Below the pieces are notes generated by a model, which had not been told where the DNA came from, did no database searches, and was given only the letters and a program-made list of their open reading frames with translations. A stretch of DNA of 64,000 bases. Origin: Macrostomum hystrix (taxonomy: Eukaryota; Animalia; Platyhelminthes). The stretch covers positions 16,075,781 to 16,139,780 of the forward strand of contig CATNEN010000003.1 of the NCBI GenBank assembly GCA_950097015.1. Direction: 5' to 3'. A program made the translations under genes and the position numbers. Numbering within the stretch: the stretch's first letter is position 1; each line of letters opens with the position of its first letter. This document shows positions 35,629 to 50,800 of this stretch, piece by piece.

Positions 35629-38600
35629 TCTAATATACTAAAAATGAAAATCTTGTTTGTATGTTTGTTTGCAATCGACTAGCTCCCGAACGGCTCAACC
35701 GATTTTCAAAATTCCTTCGCCAAAAGATCACAAATGGGCCGGAATCGGTACACGTAATTTTATTAAGCTTAATTCCATTGGCAAGGGGATTAAATATTCG
35801 AAAAACAGTTTTAAATAGGCTTTTCTAATGCATTCTTGTTTTCAGCTTGTGCACAGTGAGGCTCCAGTGCCAATTTTAATGATTGCATCAGAGCCAGTTT
35901 TGTTAGGCGAGCGTACTGATAAGGAATTTCTCACCCAAATGTGCATAGCTGTGTCAACCCCACTGGCGAGATAATTACTGCCCAATGTGCACAGGCTGAG
36001 CTGGCTTCTGTTATCTGTTCGGCACTGAGATATTTTTTTATTTTTATTTATTGAGTTTTATTCAAACTCATTTAGCAGATATAGCACATTTCAATTATAG
36101 CAGATTCATTCATATCACAGCATACTCCAAAGGCAACAGCTGAGAACTGAATTGATTCAAGTGATCGGCCTCTCTTGGCAGCAAGTAGCATTTCTTGATT
36201 ATACTTGCTTACTTACTTGCTTACTTGCTTACTTACTTGCAAAAGCATTGATGGATATCTAGGCTTAGAATTAATATTAATAGATTCCTAGGCTCAGAAT
36301 CGATCCATATCTAGGCTCAACATTCTTATAGATTTCTAGGCTCAATATTTTTATAGATTTCTAGGCTCAATATTTTTATAGATTTCTAGGCTCAATATTT
36401 TTATAGATTTCTAGGCTCAATATTTTTATAGATTTCTAGGCTCAATATTTTTATAGATTTCTAGGCTCAATATTTTTATAGATTTCTAGGCTCAATATTT
36501 TTATAGATTTCTAGGCTCAATATTTTTATAGAGATCTAGGCTCAGCATTGATAGTTATCTAGGCTCAGCATTGATAGTTATCTAGGCTCAGCATTGATAG
36601 TTAACTAGGCCCAGCATTGATAGTTATCTAGGCACAGCATTGATAGTTATCTAGGCTCAACATTTTTATAGACATCTAGGCTCAGCATTGATAGTTAACT
36701 AGGCTCAGCATTGATAGTTATCTAGGCTCAGCATTGATAGTTATCTAGGCTCAGCATTGATAGTTAACTAGGCCCAGCATTGATAGTTATCTAGGCACAG
36801 CATTGATAGTTATCTAGGCTCAGCATTGATAGTTAACTAGGCCCAGCATTGATAGTTATCTAGGCACAGCATTGATAGTTATCTAGGCTCAACATTTTTA
36901 TAGACATCTAGGCTCAGCATTGATAGTTATCTAGGCTCAGCATTGATAGTTATCTAGGCTCAGCATTGATAGTTATCTAGGCTCAGCATTGATAGTTAAC
37001 TAGGCCCAGCATTGATAGTTATCTAGGCACAGGATTGATAGTTATCTAGGCTCAACATTTTTATAGACATCTAGGCTCAGCATTGATAGTTATCTAGGCT
37101 CAGCATTGATAGTTATCTAGGCTCAGCATTGATAGTTAACTAGGCCCAGCATTGATAGTTATCTAGGCACAGGATTGATAGTTATCTAGGCTCAACATTT
37201 TTATAGATAACTAGGCTCAGCATTGATAGTTACCTAGGCTCAGCATTGATAGTTACCTAGGCTTAGCATTGATAGTTACCTAGGCTCAGCATTGATAGTT
37301 ACCTAGGCTCAGCATTGATAGTTACCTAGGCTCAGCATTGATAGTTATCTAGGCTCAGCATTGATAGTTTTCTAGGCTCAGCATTGATAGTTATTTAGGC
37401 TCAGCAATGATAGTTATCTAGGCTCAGCATTGATAGTTATCTAGGCTCAACATTGATAGATATCTAGGCTCAGCATTGATAGATATCCAAGCTCAGAATT
37501 GATAGGTTCCAAGGGTCAGAATCGATAGAAAACTAGGCTCAGCATTGATAGTTATCTAGGCTCAACATTTTTATAGATAACTAGGCTCAGCATTGATAGT
37601 ATCTAGGCTCAACATTTTTATAGATAACTAGGCACAGCATTGATAGTTATCTAGGCACAGCATTGATAGTTATCTAGGCTCAGCATTGATAGTTACCTAG
37701 GCTCAGCATTGATAGTTACCTAGGCTTAGCATTGATAGTTACCTAGGCTCAGCATTGATAGTTACCTAGGCTCAGCATTGATAGTTACCTAGGCTTAGCA
37801 TTGATAGTTACCTAGGCTCAACATTGATAGATATCTAGGCTCAGCATTGATAGATATCTAGGCTCAGCATTGATAGTATCTAGGCTCAACATTTTTATAG
37901 ATAACTAGGCACAGCATTGATAGTTATCTAGGCACAGCATTGATAGTTATCTAGGCTCAGCATTGATAGTTACCTAGGCTCAGCATTGATAGTTACCTAG
38001 GCTTAGCATTGATAGTTACCTAGGCTCAGCATTGATAGTTACCTAGGCTCAGCATTGATAGTTACCTAGGCTTAGCATTGATAGTTACCTAGGCTCAACA
38101 TTGATAGATATCTAGGCTCAGCATTGATAGATATCTAGGCTCAGCATTGATAGTTATCTAGGCTCAACATTGATAGATATCTAGGCTCAGCATTGATAGA
38201 TATCCAAGCTCAGAATTGATAGGTTCCAAGGGTCAGAATCGATAGAAAACTAGGCTCAGCATTGATAGTTATCTAGGCTCAACATTTTTATAGATAACTA
38301 GGCTCAGCATTGATAGTATCTAGGCTCAACATTTTTATAGATAACTAGGCACAGCATTGATAGTTATCTAGGCACAGCATTGATAGTTATCTAGGCTCAG
38401 CATTGATAGTTACCTAGGCTCAGCATTGATAGTTACCTAGGCTTAGCATTGATAGTTACCTAGGCTCAGCATTGATAGTTACCTAGGCTCAGCATTGATA
38501 GTTACCTAGGCTTAGCATTGATAGTTACCTAGGCTCAGCATTGATAGTTACCTAGGCTCAGCATTGATAGTTACCTAGGCTCAGCATTGATAGTTACCTA

Positions 38601-41600
38601 GGCTGAGCATTGATAGTTATCTAGGCTCAGCATTGATAGTTACCTAGGCTCAGCATTGATAGTTACCTAGGCTCAGCATTGATAGTTACCTAGGCTTAGC
38701 ATTGATAGTTACCTAGGCTCAGCATTGATAGCTATCACGGCTCAGCATTGATAGTTATCTAGGCTTAGGATTGATAGTTCTCTAGGCACAGCATTGATAG
38801 TTATCTAGGCTCAGCATTGATAGTTATCTAGGCTCAGCATTGATAGTTATCTAGGCTCAGCATTGATAATTATCAAGGCTCAGCATTGATAGTTATCTAG
38901 GCTCAACATTGATAGATATCTAGGCTCAGCATTGATAGATATCCAAGCTCATAATTGATAGGTTCCAAGGGTCAGAATCGATAGAAAACTAGGCTCAGCA
39001 TTGATAGTTATCTAGGCTCAACATTTTTATAGATAACTAGGCTCAGCATTGATAGTATCTAGGCTCAACATTTTTATAGTTATCTAGGCTCAGCATTGAT
39101 AGATTTCCAAGCTCAGAATTGATAGAAAACTAGGCTCAGCATTGATAGTTATCTAGGCTCAACATTTTTATAGATAACTAGGCACAGCATTGATAGTTAT
39201 CTAGGCTCAGCATTGATAGTTATCAAGGCTCAGCATTGATAGTTATCTAGGCTCAGCATTGATAGTTATCAAGGCTCAGCATTGATAGTTATCCAGGCTC
39301 AGCATTGATAGTTATCTAGGCTCAGCATTGATAATTATCTAGGCTCAGCATTGATAGTTATCTAGGCTCAGCATTGATAGTTATCTAGGCTCAGGATTGA
39401 TAGTTAACTAGGCTCAGCATTGATTGTTATCTAGGCTCAACATTTTTATAGATATTAAGGCTCAGCATTGATAGATATCTAGGCTCAGCATTGATAGTTA
39501 TCTAGGCTCAGCATTGATAGATATCTAGGCTCAGCATTGATAGCTATCTAGGCTCAACATTTTTATAGATATTAAGGCTCAGCATAGATAGATATCTAGG
39601 CTCAGCATTGATAGTTATCTAGGCTCAGCATTGATAGATATCTAGGCTCAGCATTGATAGTTATCTAGGCTCAGCATTGATAGATATCTAGGCTCAGCAT
39701 TGATAGTTATCTAGGCTCAGCATTGATAGTCATCTAGGCTCAGGATTGATAGTTAACTAGGCTCAGCATTGATAGTTATCTAGGCTCAGCATTGATAGTT
39801 ATCTAGGCTCAGGATTGATAGTTATCTAGGCTCAACATTTTTTTAGATATTAAGTCTCAGCATTGATAGTTATCTAGGCTCAGCATTGATAGTTATCTAG
39901 GCTCAGCGTGATAGTTATCTAGGCTCAACATTTTTATAGATGTCTAGGCTCAGCATTGATAGTTATCTAGGCTCAGCATTGATAGATATCTAGGCTCAGC
40001 ATTGATAGTTATCTAGGCTCAACATTTTTATAGACATCAAGGCTCAGATTGGATTGATATCCAAGCTCTGAATTGATAGATTCCACGGGTCAGAATCGAA
40101 AGAAAACTAGGCTCAGCATTGATATTTAACTAGGCTCAGCATTGATAGTTATCTAGGCTCAGCATTGATAGTTATCTAGGCTCAGCGTTGATAGTTATCC
40201 AGGCTCAGCATTGATAGTTATCTAGGCTCAGCATTGATAATTATCTAGGCTCAGCATTGATATTTAACTAGGCTCAGCATTGATAGATATCTAGGCTCAG
40301 CATTGATAGTTATCAAGGCTCAGCATTGATAGTTATCCAGGCTCAGCATTGATAGTTATCTAGGCTCAGCATTGATAATTATCTAGGCTCAGCATTGATA
40401 GTTATCTAGGCTCAGCATTGATAGTTATCTAGGCTCAGGATTGATAGTTAACTAGACTCAGCATTGATTGTTATCTAGGCTCAACATTTTTATAGATATT
40501 AAGGCTCAGCATTGATAGATATCTAGGCTCAGCATTGATAGTTATCTAGGCTCAGCATTGATAGATATCTAGGCTCAGCATTGATAGTTATCTAGGCTCA
40601 ACATTTTTATAGATATTAAGGCTCAGCATTGATAGATATCTAGGCTCAGCATTGATAGTTATCTAGGCTCAGCATTGATAGATATCTAGGCTCAGCATTG
40701 ATAGTTATCTAGGCTCAACATTTTTATAGACATCAAGGCTCAGATTGGATTGATATCCAAGCTCTGAATTGATAGATTCCACGGGTCAGAATCGAAAGAA
40801 AACTAGGCTCAGCATTGATATTTAACTAGGCTCAGCATTGATAGTTATCTAGGCTCAGCATTGATAGTTATCTAGGCTCAGCATTGATAGTTATCTAGGC
40901 TAAGCATTGATAGTTATCTAGGCTCAGGATTGATAGTTAACTAGGCTCAGCATTGATAGTTATCTAGGCTCAGCATTGATAGTTATCTAGGCTCAGGATT
41001 GATAGTTAACTAGGCTCAGCATTGATAGTTATCTAGGCTAAGCATTGATAGTTATCTAGGCTCAGGATTGATAGTTAACTAGGCTCAGCATTGATAGTTA
41101 TCTAGGCTCAGCATTGATAGTTATCTAGGCTCAGGATTGATAGTTAACTAGGCTCAGCATTGATAGTTATCTAGGCTCAGCATTGATAGTTATCTAGGCT
41201 CAGGATTGATAGTTAACTAGGCTCAGCATTGATAGTTATCTAGGCTCAGCATTGATAGTTATCCAGGTTCAGCATTAATAGTTATCTAGGCTCAACATTT
41301 TTATAGATATCTAAGCACTGCATTGATAGTTATCTAATCTCAGCGTGATAGTTATCTAGGCTCAGCATTGATAGTTATCTAGGCTCAGCATTGATAGTTA
41401 TCTAGGCTCAACATTTTTATAGATATTAAGGCTCAGCGTGGTAGTCATCTAGGCTCAACATTTTTATAGATAACTAGGCTCAGCATTGATAGATTCCTAG
41501 GCTCAGCATTGATAGTTATCTAGGCTCAACATTTTTATAGATGTCAAGGCTCAGCATTGATAGTTATCCAAGCTCAGAATGGATAGATTCCACGGGTCAG

Positions 41601-42399
41601 AATCGAAAGAAAACTAGGCTCAGCATTGATTGTTATCTAGGCTCAACATTTTCTAGATATTAAGGCTCAGCGTGATAGTTATCTAGGCTCAACATATTTA
41701 TTGATAACTAGGCTCAGCATTGATAGTTATCTAGGCTCAGCATTGATAGTTATCTAGGCTCAGCATTGATAGTTATCTAGGCTCAGCATTGATAGTTATC
41801 TAGGCTCAGCATTGATAGATATCTAGGCTCAGCATTGATAGTTATCTAGGCTCAGCATTGATAGATATCTAGGCTCAACATTTTTATAGATATTAAGGCT
41901 CAGCGTGATAGTTATCTAGGCTCAAAATATTTATAGATAACTAGGCACAGCATTGTTATTTATCTAGGCTCAGAATTGATAGATTCCTAGGCTCAACATT
42001 TTGATAGATATCTCGGCTCAGCACTGGTAGATATCTAGGCTCAGAATGGATAGATATCGTACTTTAGATTTGATAGATATCTAGATAACTTCATTGGTTA
42101 AAAATCTATAGAAATTTAAGCTAAGAATCGATAGATATTGAAGCTCAGAATTTTTAGAAATCTAAGGTCAGAATTGATAGAATTCTAAGCTCAGAATTGA
42201 TAGAAATCTTGGCTCAGCACGGGTAGATATCTAGGCTCAGTGTTGATAGATATTTAGGCTCAAAGTCGATAGAAAGTTAAGCTCAGAATCAATAGATATC
42301 TTAGTTCAGAGTTGATATCTATTGACTTACTGAATACTGTTTTATTATTGTAAAGTTGCCTTCAAGCTAAGGTCCCCAAAGGGGGGCCTAAATTGCTAG
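35629..42399 (+). mobile_element. Helitron U6, non-autonomous (5' beta, 3' d)
   Basis: TCTAATATAC start; hairpin GGTCCCC-AAA-GGGGGGCC at ~42371-42388; CTAG at 42396-42399. Confidence 0.9.
36255..42310. repeat. 23-bp satellite B (tctaggctcagcattgatagtta), about 6 kb, in U6
   Basis: Direct inspection; degenerate at both edges. Confidence 0.96.
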
Positions 42400-42736
42400 T
42401 CTAATATACTAAAAATGAAAATCTTGTATGTTTGTTTGCAATCGACTAGCTCCCGAACGGCTCAACCGATTTTCAAAATTCCTTCGCCAAGAGATCACAA
42501 ATGGGCCGGAATCGGTACACGTAATTTTATTAAGCTAAACTCCATTGCCAAGGGGATTAAATATTCGAAAAACAGTTTTAAATAGGCTTTTCTAATGCAT
42601 TCTTGTTTTCAGCTTGTGCACAGTGAGGCTCCAGTGCCAATTTTAATGATTGCATCAGAGCCAGTTTTGATAACGCACGCGCGTACTGATAAGAACTCAC
42701 AGAGAGGCTACCCAGAGGGTAGCGAAGGGCAGCTAG
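42400..42736 (+). mobile_element. Helitron U7, 337-bp mini (beta/b)
   Basis: TC start, GCTACCC-AGA-GGGTAGC hairpin, CTAG end. Confidence 0.9.
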
Positions 42737-43077
42737 TCTAATATACTAAAAATGAAAATCTTGCTTGTATGTTTGTTTGCAATCGACTAGCTCCCGAACG
42801 GCTCAACCGATTTTCAAAATTCCTTCGCCAAAAGATCACAAATGGGCCGGAATCGGTACACGTAATTTTATTAAGCTTAATTCCATTGGCAAGGGGATTA
42901 AATATTCGAAAAACAGTTTTAAATAGGCTTTTCTAATGCATTCTTGTTTTCAGCTTGTGCACAGTGAGGCCTCCAGTGCCAATTTTAATGATTGCATCAG
43001 AGCCAGTTTTGATAACGCACGCGCGTACTGATAAGAACTCACAGGGAGGCTACCCAGAGGGTAGCGAAGGCAGCTAG
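42737..43077 (+). mobile_element. Helitron U8, 341-bp mini (beta/b)
   Basis: TC start, same hairpin, CTAG end. Confidence 0.9.
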
Positions 43078-46000
43078 TCCACTATACTAAAAATGAAATG
43101 GTTGGTTGGTTGGTTGGTTGCTTGCTTGTAATTGATTTTCTCCCGAACGGCTCAACCGATTTTCACCATTTCTTCACCAAAACATGCCAAATATGGGGAC
43201 AATTATACACGTATTTTTATTAAGCTTAACTTTATTGCTAAAGGGATTAAATATTCGAAAAACATGATTTTTTCAATGGTCAAACCATCTAGGCCTATTG
43301 AGAATTTTACTCACTGCCACTGAATTAGAATTGCATCGTCAAATTGCGCAACAACCCCTAGCTGATTGAATTTGAAGCCTGCACTCTGGAGACAAATTGG
43401 AAATAAATGTACACAACCAACCGCGAGACTGAGTGTACTCTATTTTCTTACTTCATTGTACAAAGCCAGAACTTTGAGAATTCATTTTATAAGGCTGATT
43501 TTTGCGACCACTAATCAACAGTCGGAATAGCCGATGTGTAGGCACTAGGAATAGGGTGAGGCTAGGCTAGGGTTCGATTCATTTAGACTATTTTTTTCAG
43601 CCAGTAGTGATTGAAGAATATTTCAATTTATTTTTTTCATTTCGTAAATAAAATATCATAAATCATAGCAAATCTGAGTTTGAATCATTGCGAAAATAGA
43701 GTCTGAATCGTGGCTAAACCAGAGTCTGAATCACGGCTAAACCAGAATTTGAATCATGGCTAAACCATCGATTAAAATCATGGCTAAACCATCGTTTAAA
43801 TCATGGCTAAACCAGAGTTTGAATCATTGCTAAACCATCGTTTAAATCATGGCTAAACCATCGTTTAAATCATGGCTAAACCATCGTTTGAATCATGGCT
43901 AAACCATAGTTTGAATCATGGCTAAACCAGAGTTTCAATCATGGCTAAACCAGATCTTGAATCATGACTAAACCAGAGTTTAAATCATGGCTAAACCATC
44001 GTTTGAATCATGGCTAACCCAGAGTCTGAATCATGGCTAAACCAGATCTTGAATCATGGCTAAACCCGATCTTGAATCATGGCTAAACCAGAGTTTCAAT
44101 CATGGCTAAACCAGATCTTGAATCATGACTAAACCAGAGTTTAAATCATGGCTAAAGCATCGTTTGAATCATGGCTAACCCAGAGTCTGAATCATGGCTA
44201 AACCAGATCTTGAATCATGGCTAAACCCGATCTTGAATCATGGCTAAACCAGAGTTTCAATCATGGCTAAACCAGATCTTGAATCATGACTAAACCAGAG
44301 TTTAAATCATGGCTAAAGCATCGTTTGAATCATGGCTAACCCAGAGTCTGAATCATGGCTAAACCAGATCTTGAATCATGGCTAAACCCGATCTTGAATC
44401 ATGGCTAAACCAGAGTTTCAATCATGGCTAAACCAGATCTTGAATCATGACTAAACCAGAGTTTAAATCATGGCTAAAGCATCGTTTGAATCATGGCTAA
44501 CCCAGAGTCTGAATCATGGCTAAACCAGATCTTGAATCATGGCTAAACCCGATCTTGAATCATGGCTAAACCAGAGTTTCAATCATGGCTAAACCAGATC
44601 TTGAATCATGACTAAACCAGAGTTTAAATCATGGCTAAAGCATCGTTTGAATCATGGCTAAACCATCGTTTGAATCATGGCTAAACCATCGTTTGAATCA
44701 TGGCTAAACCAGATTTTGAATCATTGCTAAACCAGATCTTGATTCATGGCTAAACCAGAGTTTAAATCATGGCTAAACCAGAGTCTGAATCATGGCTAAA
44801 CCAGATCTTGAATCATGGCTAAACCATTGTTTGAATCATGGCTAAACCAGAGTCTGAATCATGGCTAAACCAGAGTCTGAATCATGGCTAAACCAGATCT
44901 TGAATCATGGCTAAACCCGATCTTGAATCATGGCTAAACCATCGTTTGAATCATGGCTAAACCATCGTTTGAATCATGACTAAACCATCGTTTGAATCAT
45001 GGCTAAACCAGATTTTGAATCATGGCTAAACCATCGTTTGAATCATGGCTAAACCAGAGTTTCAATCATGGCTAAACCAGATCTTGAATCATGACTAAAC
45101 CAGAGTTTAAATCATGGCTAAACCATCGTTTGAATCATGGCTAACCCAGAGTCTGAATCATGGCTAAACCAGATCTTGAATCATGGCTAAACCCGATCTT
45201 GAATCATGGCTAAACCAGAGTTTCAATCATGGCTAAACCAGATCTTGAATCATGACTAAACCAGAGTTTAAATCATGGCTAAAGCATCGTTTGAATCATG
45301 GCTAACCCAGAGTCTGAATCATGGCTAAACCAGATCTTGAATCATGGCTAAACCCGATCTTGAATCATGGCTAAACCAGAGTTTCAATCATGGCTAAACC
45401 AGATCTTGAATCATGACTAAACCAGAGTTTAAATCATGGCTAAAGCATCGTTTGAATCATGGCTAACCCAGAGTCTGAATCATGGCTAAACCAGACTTTG
45501 AATCATAGCCAACCAGAGTTTGAATCTTGGCTAAACCAGAGTTTCAATCATGGCTAACCCAGCGTTTGAATCATGGCTAAACCAGAGTTTGAATCATGGC
45601 AAAAACCAAGTTTCAATCATGGCTAACCCAGCGCTTGAATCATGGCTAAACCAGAGTTTGAATCATAGCCAACCAGAGTTTGAATCTTGGCTAAACCAGA
45701 GTCTGAATCATGGCAAAACGAGAGTTTGAATCATAGCCCACCAGGGTTTAAAACATGGCGAAACCTGAGTTTGAATCTTGGCTAACCCAGCGTTTGAAAA
45801 ATCAACGTCAACTGGGGAGTCATCATCAAAATGGGGATCATGGTGAACTGGGGGATCATGGTAAACTGGGGGATAATTGTCGACTGGGGGATCATTGTCA
45901 ACTGGGGGATCATTGTCAACTGGGGGATCATTGTCAACTGGGGGATCATTGTCAACTGGGGGATCATTGTCAAATGGGGGATCATTGTCAACTGGGGGAT

Positions 46001-47841
46001 CTTTGTCAACTGGGGGTTCATTGTCAACTGGGGGTTCATTGTCAACTGGGGGATCATTGTCAACTGGGGGATCATTGTGAACTGAGAGATCATTGTCAAC
46101 TGGGGGGTAATGGTCAACTGGGGGATAATTGTCAACTGGGGAATCATCATCAACTGAGGATCATCATCAACTGGGGGATCATTGAGAACTGGGGGATCTT
46201 TGTCAACTGGGGGATCATTGTGAACTGGGGGATCTTTGTCAACTGGGGGATCATTGTATACTGTGGGATCATTGTCAACCGGCGGGATCTTTGTTAACTG
46301 GGGGATCATTGTCAACTGGGGGATCATTCTCAACTGGGGGATCATTGTCAACTGGGGGATCATCATCAACTGGGGGATCATTGTCAACTGGGGGATCATT
46401 GTCAACTGGGGGATCATTGTCAACTGGGGGATCATTGTCAACTGGGTGATCATCATCAACTGGGGGATCATTGTCAACTTGGGGAACATTGTTAACTGGG
46501 GATCATCATCAATGGGGAGACTTCATCAACTGGGGGATCATTGTGAACTGGGGGATCTTTGTTAACTGGGGGATCATTGTCAACTGGGGGATCATTGTCA
46601 ACTGGGGGATCATTGTCAACTGGGGGATCGTTGTCAACTGGGGGTTCATTGTCAACTGGGGGATCATTGTCAACTGGGGGATCATTGTCAACTGGGGGAT
46701 CATTGTCAACTGGGAGATCGTTGTCAACTGGGGGTTCATTGTCAACTGGGGGATCATTGTCAACTGGGGGATCATTGTCAACTGGGGGATCATCATCAAC
46801 TGGGGGATCATTGTCAACTGGGGGTTCATTGTCAACTGTGGGATCATTGTCAACCGGCGGGATCTTTGTTAACTGGGGGATCATTGTCAACTGAGGGATC
46901 ATTCTCAACTGGGGGATCATTGTCAACTGGGGGATCATCATCAACTGGGGGATCATTGTCAACTGGGGGATCATTGTCAACTGGGGGATCATTGTCAACT
47001 GGGGGATCATTGTCAACTGGGTGATCATCATCAACTGGGGGATCATTGTCAACTGGGGGAACATTGTTAACTGGGGATCATCATCAATGGGGAGACTTCA
47101 TCAACTGGGGGATCATTGTGAACTGGGGGATCTTTGTTAACTGGGGGATCATTGTCAACTGGGGGATCATTGTCAACTGGGGGATCATTGTCAACTGGGG
47201 GATCATTTTCAACTGGGGGATCATCATCAATGGGGAGACTTCATCAACTGGGGGATCATTGTGAACTGGGGGATCTTTGTTAACTGGGGGATCATTGTCA
47301 ACTGGGGGATCATTGTCAACTGGGGGATCATTGTCAACTGGGGGATCATTTTCAACTGGGGGATCATCATCAACTGGGGGATCATCATCAACTGGGTGAT
47401 CATTGTGAACTGGGGGATCTTTGTCAACTGGGGGATCATTGTCAACTGTGGGATCATTGTCAACTGGGGGATCATTGTCAACTGGGGGATCATTTTCAAC
47501 TGGGGGATCATCATCAACTGGGGGATCATCATCAACTGGGTGATCATTGTGAACTGGGGGATCTTTGTCAACTGGGGGATCATTGTCAACTGTGGGATCA
47601 TTGTCAACTGGGGGATCATTGTCAAATGGGGGATCATTGTCAACTGGGGGATCGTTGTCAACTGGGGGTTCATTGTTAACTGGGGTTTCATTGTCAACTG
47701 GGGGATCATTGTCAACTGGGGGATCATTGTCAACTGGGGGTTCATTGTAGCTTTAAAAAGCTGTAAATTCAGCTGCTAAAAAGTATATACTAGACGAATT
47801 AAAAGTATTTCTGCTCCCCGAAGGGGGGCAAAACTTGCTAG
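43078..47841 (+). mobile_element. Helitron U9, non-autonomous (5' gamma, 3' a); satellite A ~43660-45795, 18-bp satellite ~45800-47748
   Basis: TCCACTATACTAAAAATG start; hairpin plus CTAG at 47838-47841. Confidence 0.9.
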
Positions 47842-50800
47842 TCCACTATACTAAAAATGAAATGCTTGCTTGCTTGTAATTGATTTTCTCCCGAACGGCT
47901 CAACCGATTTTCACCATTTCTTCACCAAAAGATGCCAAATATGGGGACAATTTTACACGTATTTTTATTAAGCTTAACTTCATTGCTAAGGGGATTAAAT
48001 ATTCGAAAAACATGATTTTTTAAAGGTCAAACCATCTTGGCCTATTGAGAATTTCACTGACAGCCACTGAATTAGAATTGCATCGTCAAATTGCGCAACA
48101 ACCCCTAGCTGATTGAATTTGAAGCCTGCACTCTGGAGAAAAAATTGAAATAAATGTACACAACCAACCGCGAGACTGAGTGTACTCTATTTTCTTACTT
48201 CATTGTGCAAAGCCAGAACTTTGAGAATTCATTTTATAAGGCTGATTTTTGCACCCACTAACCAACAGTCGGAATAGCCGATGTGTAGGCACTAGGAATA
48301 GGTTAGGCTAGGCTAGGGTTCGATTCTGCACTGCGTCAAATCATTTAGACTAATTTTCAGCCAGTAGTGATTGAAGATTATTTTAATTTATTTTTTCATT
48401 TCGTAAATAAAATATCATAAATCATAGCAAATCTGAGTTTGAATCATTGCAACAATAGAGTCTGAATCATGGCTAAACCAGAGTCTGAATCATGGCTAAA
48501 CCATCGTTTGAATCATGGCTAAACCATCGTTTGAATCATGGCTAAACAATTGTTTGAATCATGGCTAAACCAGAGTTTGAATCATGGCTAAACCAGAGTC
48601 TGAATCATGGCTAAACCAGATCTTGAACCATGGCTAAACCATCGTTTGAATCATGGCTAAACCAGAGTCTGAATCATGGCTAAACCAGATCTTGAATCAT
48701 GGCTAAACAATTGTTTGAATCATGGCTAAACCAGAGTTTAAATCATGGCAAAACCAGATCTTGAATCATGGCTAAACAATTGTTTGAATCATGGCTAAAC
48801 CAGAGTTTGAATCATGGCTAAACCATCGTTTGAATCATGGCTAAACCAGATCTTGAATCATGGCTAAACAATTGTTTGAATCATGGCTAAACCAGAGTTT
48901 GAATCATGGCAAAACCAGAGTTTGAATCATGGCCAACCAGAGTTTGAATCATGGCTAAACCAGAGTTTGAATCATGGCTAAACCAGCGTTTGAATCATGG
49001 CTAAACCATCGTTTGAATCATGGCTAAACCAGAGTTTGAATCATGGCAAAACCAGAGTTTGAATCATGGCCAACCAGAGTTTGAATCATGGCTAAACCAG
49101 AGTTTGAATCATGGCTAAACCAGCGTTTGAATCATGGCTAAACCAGAGTCTGAATCATGGCTAAACCAGAGTCTGAATCATGGCTAAACCAGAGTCTGAA
49201 TCATGGCTAAACCAGAGTCTGAATCATGGCTAAACCAGAGTCTGAATCATGGCTAAACCAGAGTCTGAATCATGGCTAAACCAGAGTTTCAATCATGGCT
49301 AAACCAGATCTTGAATCATGACTAAACCAGAGTTTAAATCATGGCTAAACCATCGTTTGAATCATGGCTAACCCAGAGTCTGAATCATGGCTAAACCAGA
49401 TCTTGAATCATGGCTAAACCCGATCTTGAATCATGGCTAAACCAGAGTTTCAATCATGGCTAAACCAGATCTTGAATCATGACTAAACCAGAGTTTAAAT
49501 CATGGCTAAAGCATCGTTTGAATCATGGCTAACCCAGAGTCTGAATCATGGCTAAACCAGATCTTGAATCATGGCTAAACCCGATCTTGAATCATGGCTA
49601 AACCAGAGTTTCAATCATGGCTAAACCAGATCTTGAATCATGACTAAACCAGAGTTTAAATCATGGCTAAAGCATCGTTTGAATCATGGCTAACCCAGAG
49701 TCTGAATCATGGCTAAACCAGATCTTGAATCATGGCTAAACCCGATCTTGAATCATGGCTAAACCAGAGTTTCAATCATGGCTAAACCAGATCTTGAATC
49801 ATGACTAAACCAGAGTTTAAATCATGGCTAAAGCATCGTTTGAATCATGGCTAACCCAGAGTCTGAATCATGGCTAAACCAGATCTTGAATCATGGCTAA
49901 ACCCGATCTTGAATCATGGCTAAACCAGAGTTTCAATCATGGCTAAACCAGATCTTGAATCATGACTAAACCAGAGTTTAAATCATGGCTAAAGCATCGT
50001 TTGAATCATGGCTAAACCATCGTTTGAATCATGGCTAAACCATCGTTTGAATCATGGCTAAACCAGATTTTGAATCATTGCTAAACCAGATCTTGATTCA
50101 TGGCTAAACCAGAGTTTAAATCATGGCTAAACCAGAGTCTGAATCATGGCTAAACCAGATCTTGAATCATGGCTAAACCATTGTTTGAATCATGGCTAAA
50201 CCAGAGTCTGAATCATGGCTAAACCAGAGTCTGAATCATGGCTAAACCAGATCTTGAATCATGGCTAAACCCGATCTTGAATCATGGCTAAACCATCGTT
50301 TGAATCATGGCTAAACCATCGTTTGAATCATGACTAAACCATCGTTTGAATCATGGCTAAACCAGATTTTGAATCATGGCTAAACCATCGTTTGAATCAT
50401 GACTAAACCATCGTTTGAATCATGGCTAAACCAGATTTTGAATCATGGCTAAACCATCGTTTGAATCATGGCTAAACCAGAGTTTCAATCATGGCTAAAC
50501 CAGATCTTGAATCATGACTAAACCAGAGTTTAAATCATGGCTAAACCATCGTTTGAATCATGGCTAACCCAGAGTCTGAATCATGGCTAAACCAGATCTT
50601 GAATCATGGCTAAACCCGATCTTGAATCATGGCTAAACCAGAGTTTCAATCATGGCTAAACCAGATCTTGAATCATGACTAAACCAGAGTTTAAATCATG
50701 GCTAAAGCATCGTTTGAATCATGGCTAACCCAGAGTCTGAATCATGGCTAAACCAGATCTTGAATCATGGCTAAACCCGATCTTGAATCATGGCTAAACC

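Noticed and set aside
33180-42310. CRISPR-like regular repeats
   Set aside because: Monomers are contiguous with no unique spacers, there are no cas genes, and the context is eukaryotic
36255-42310. Satellite B as the reverse complement of satellite A (both 23 bp)
   Set aside because: My best manual alignment gave only about 11/23 identities, not distinguishable from chance after choosing rotation and strand
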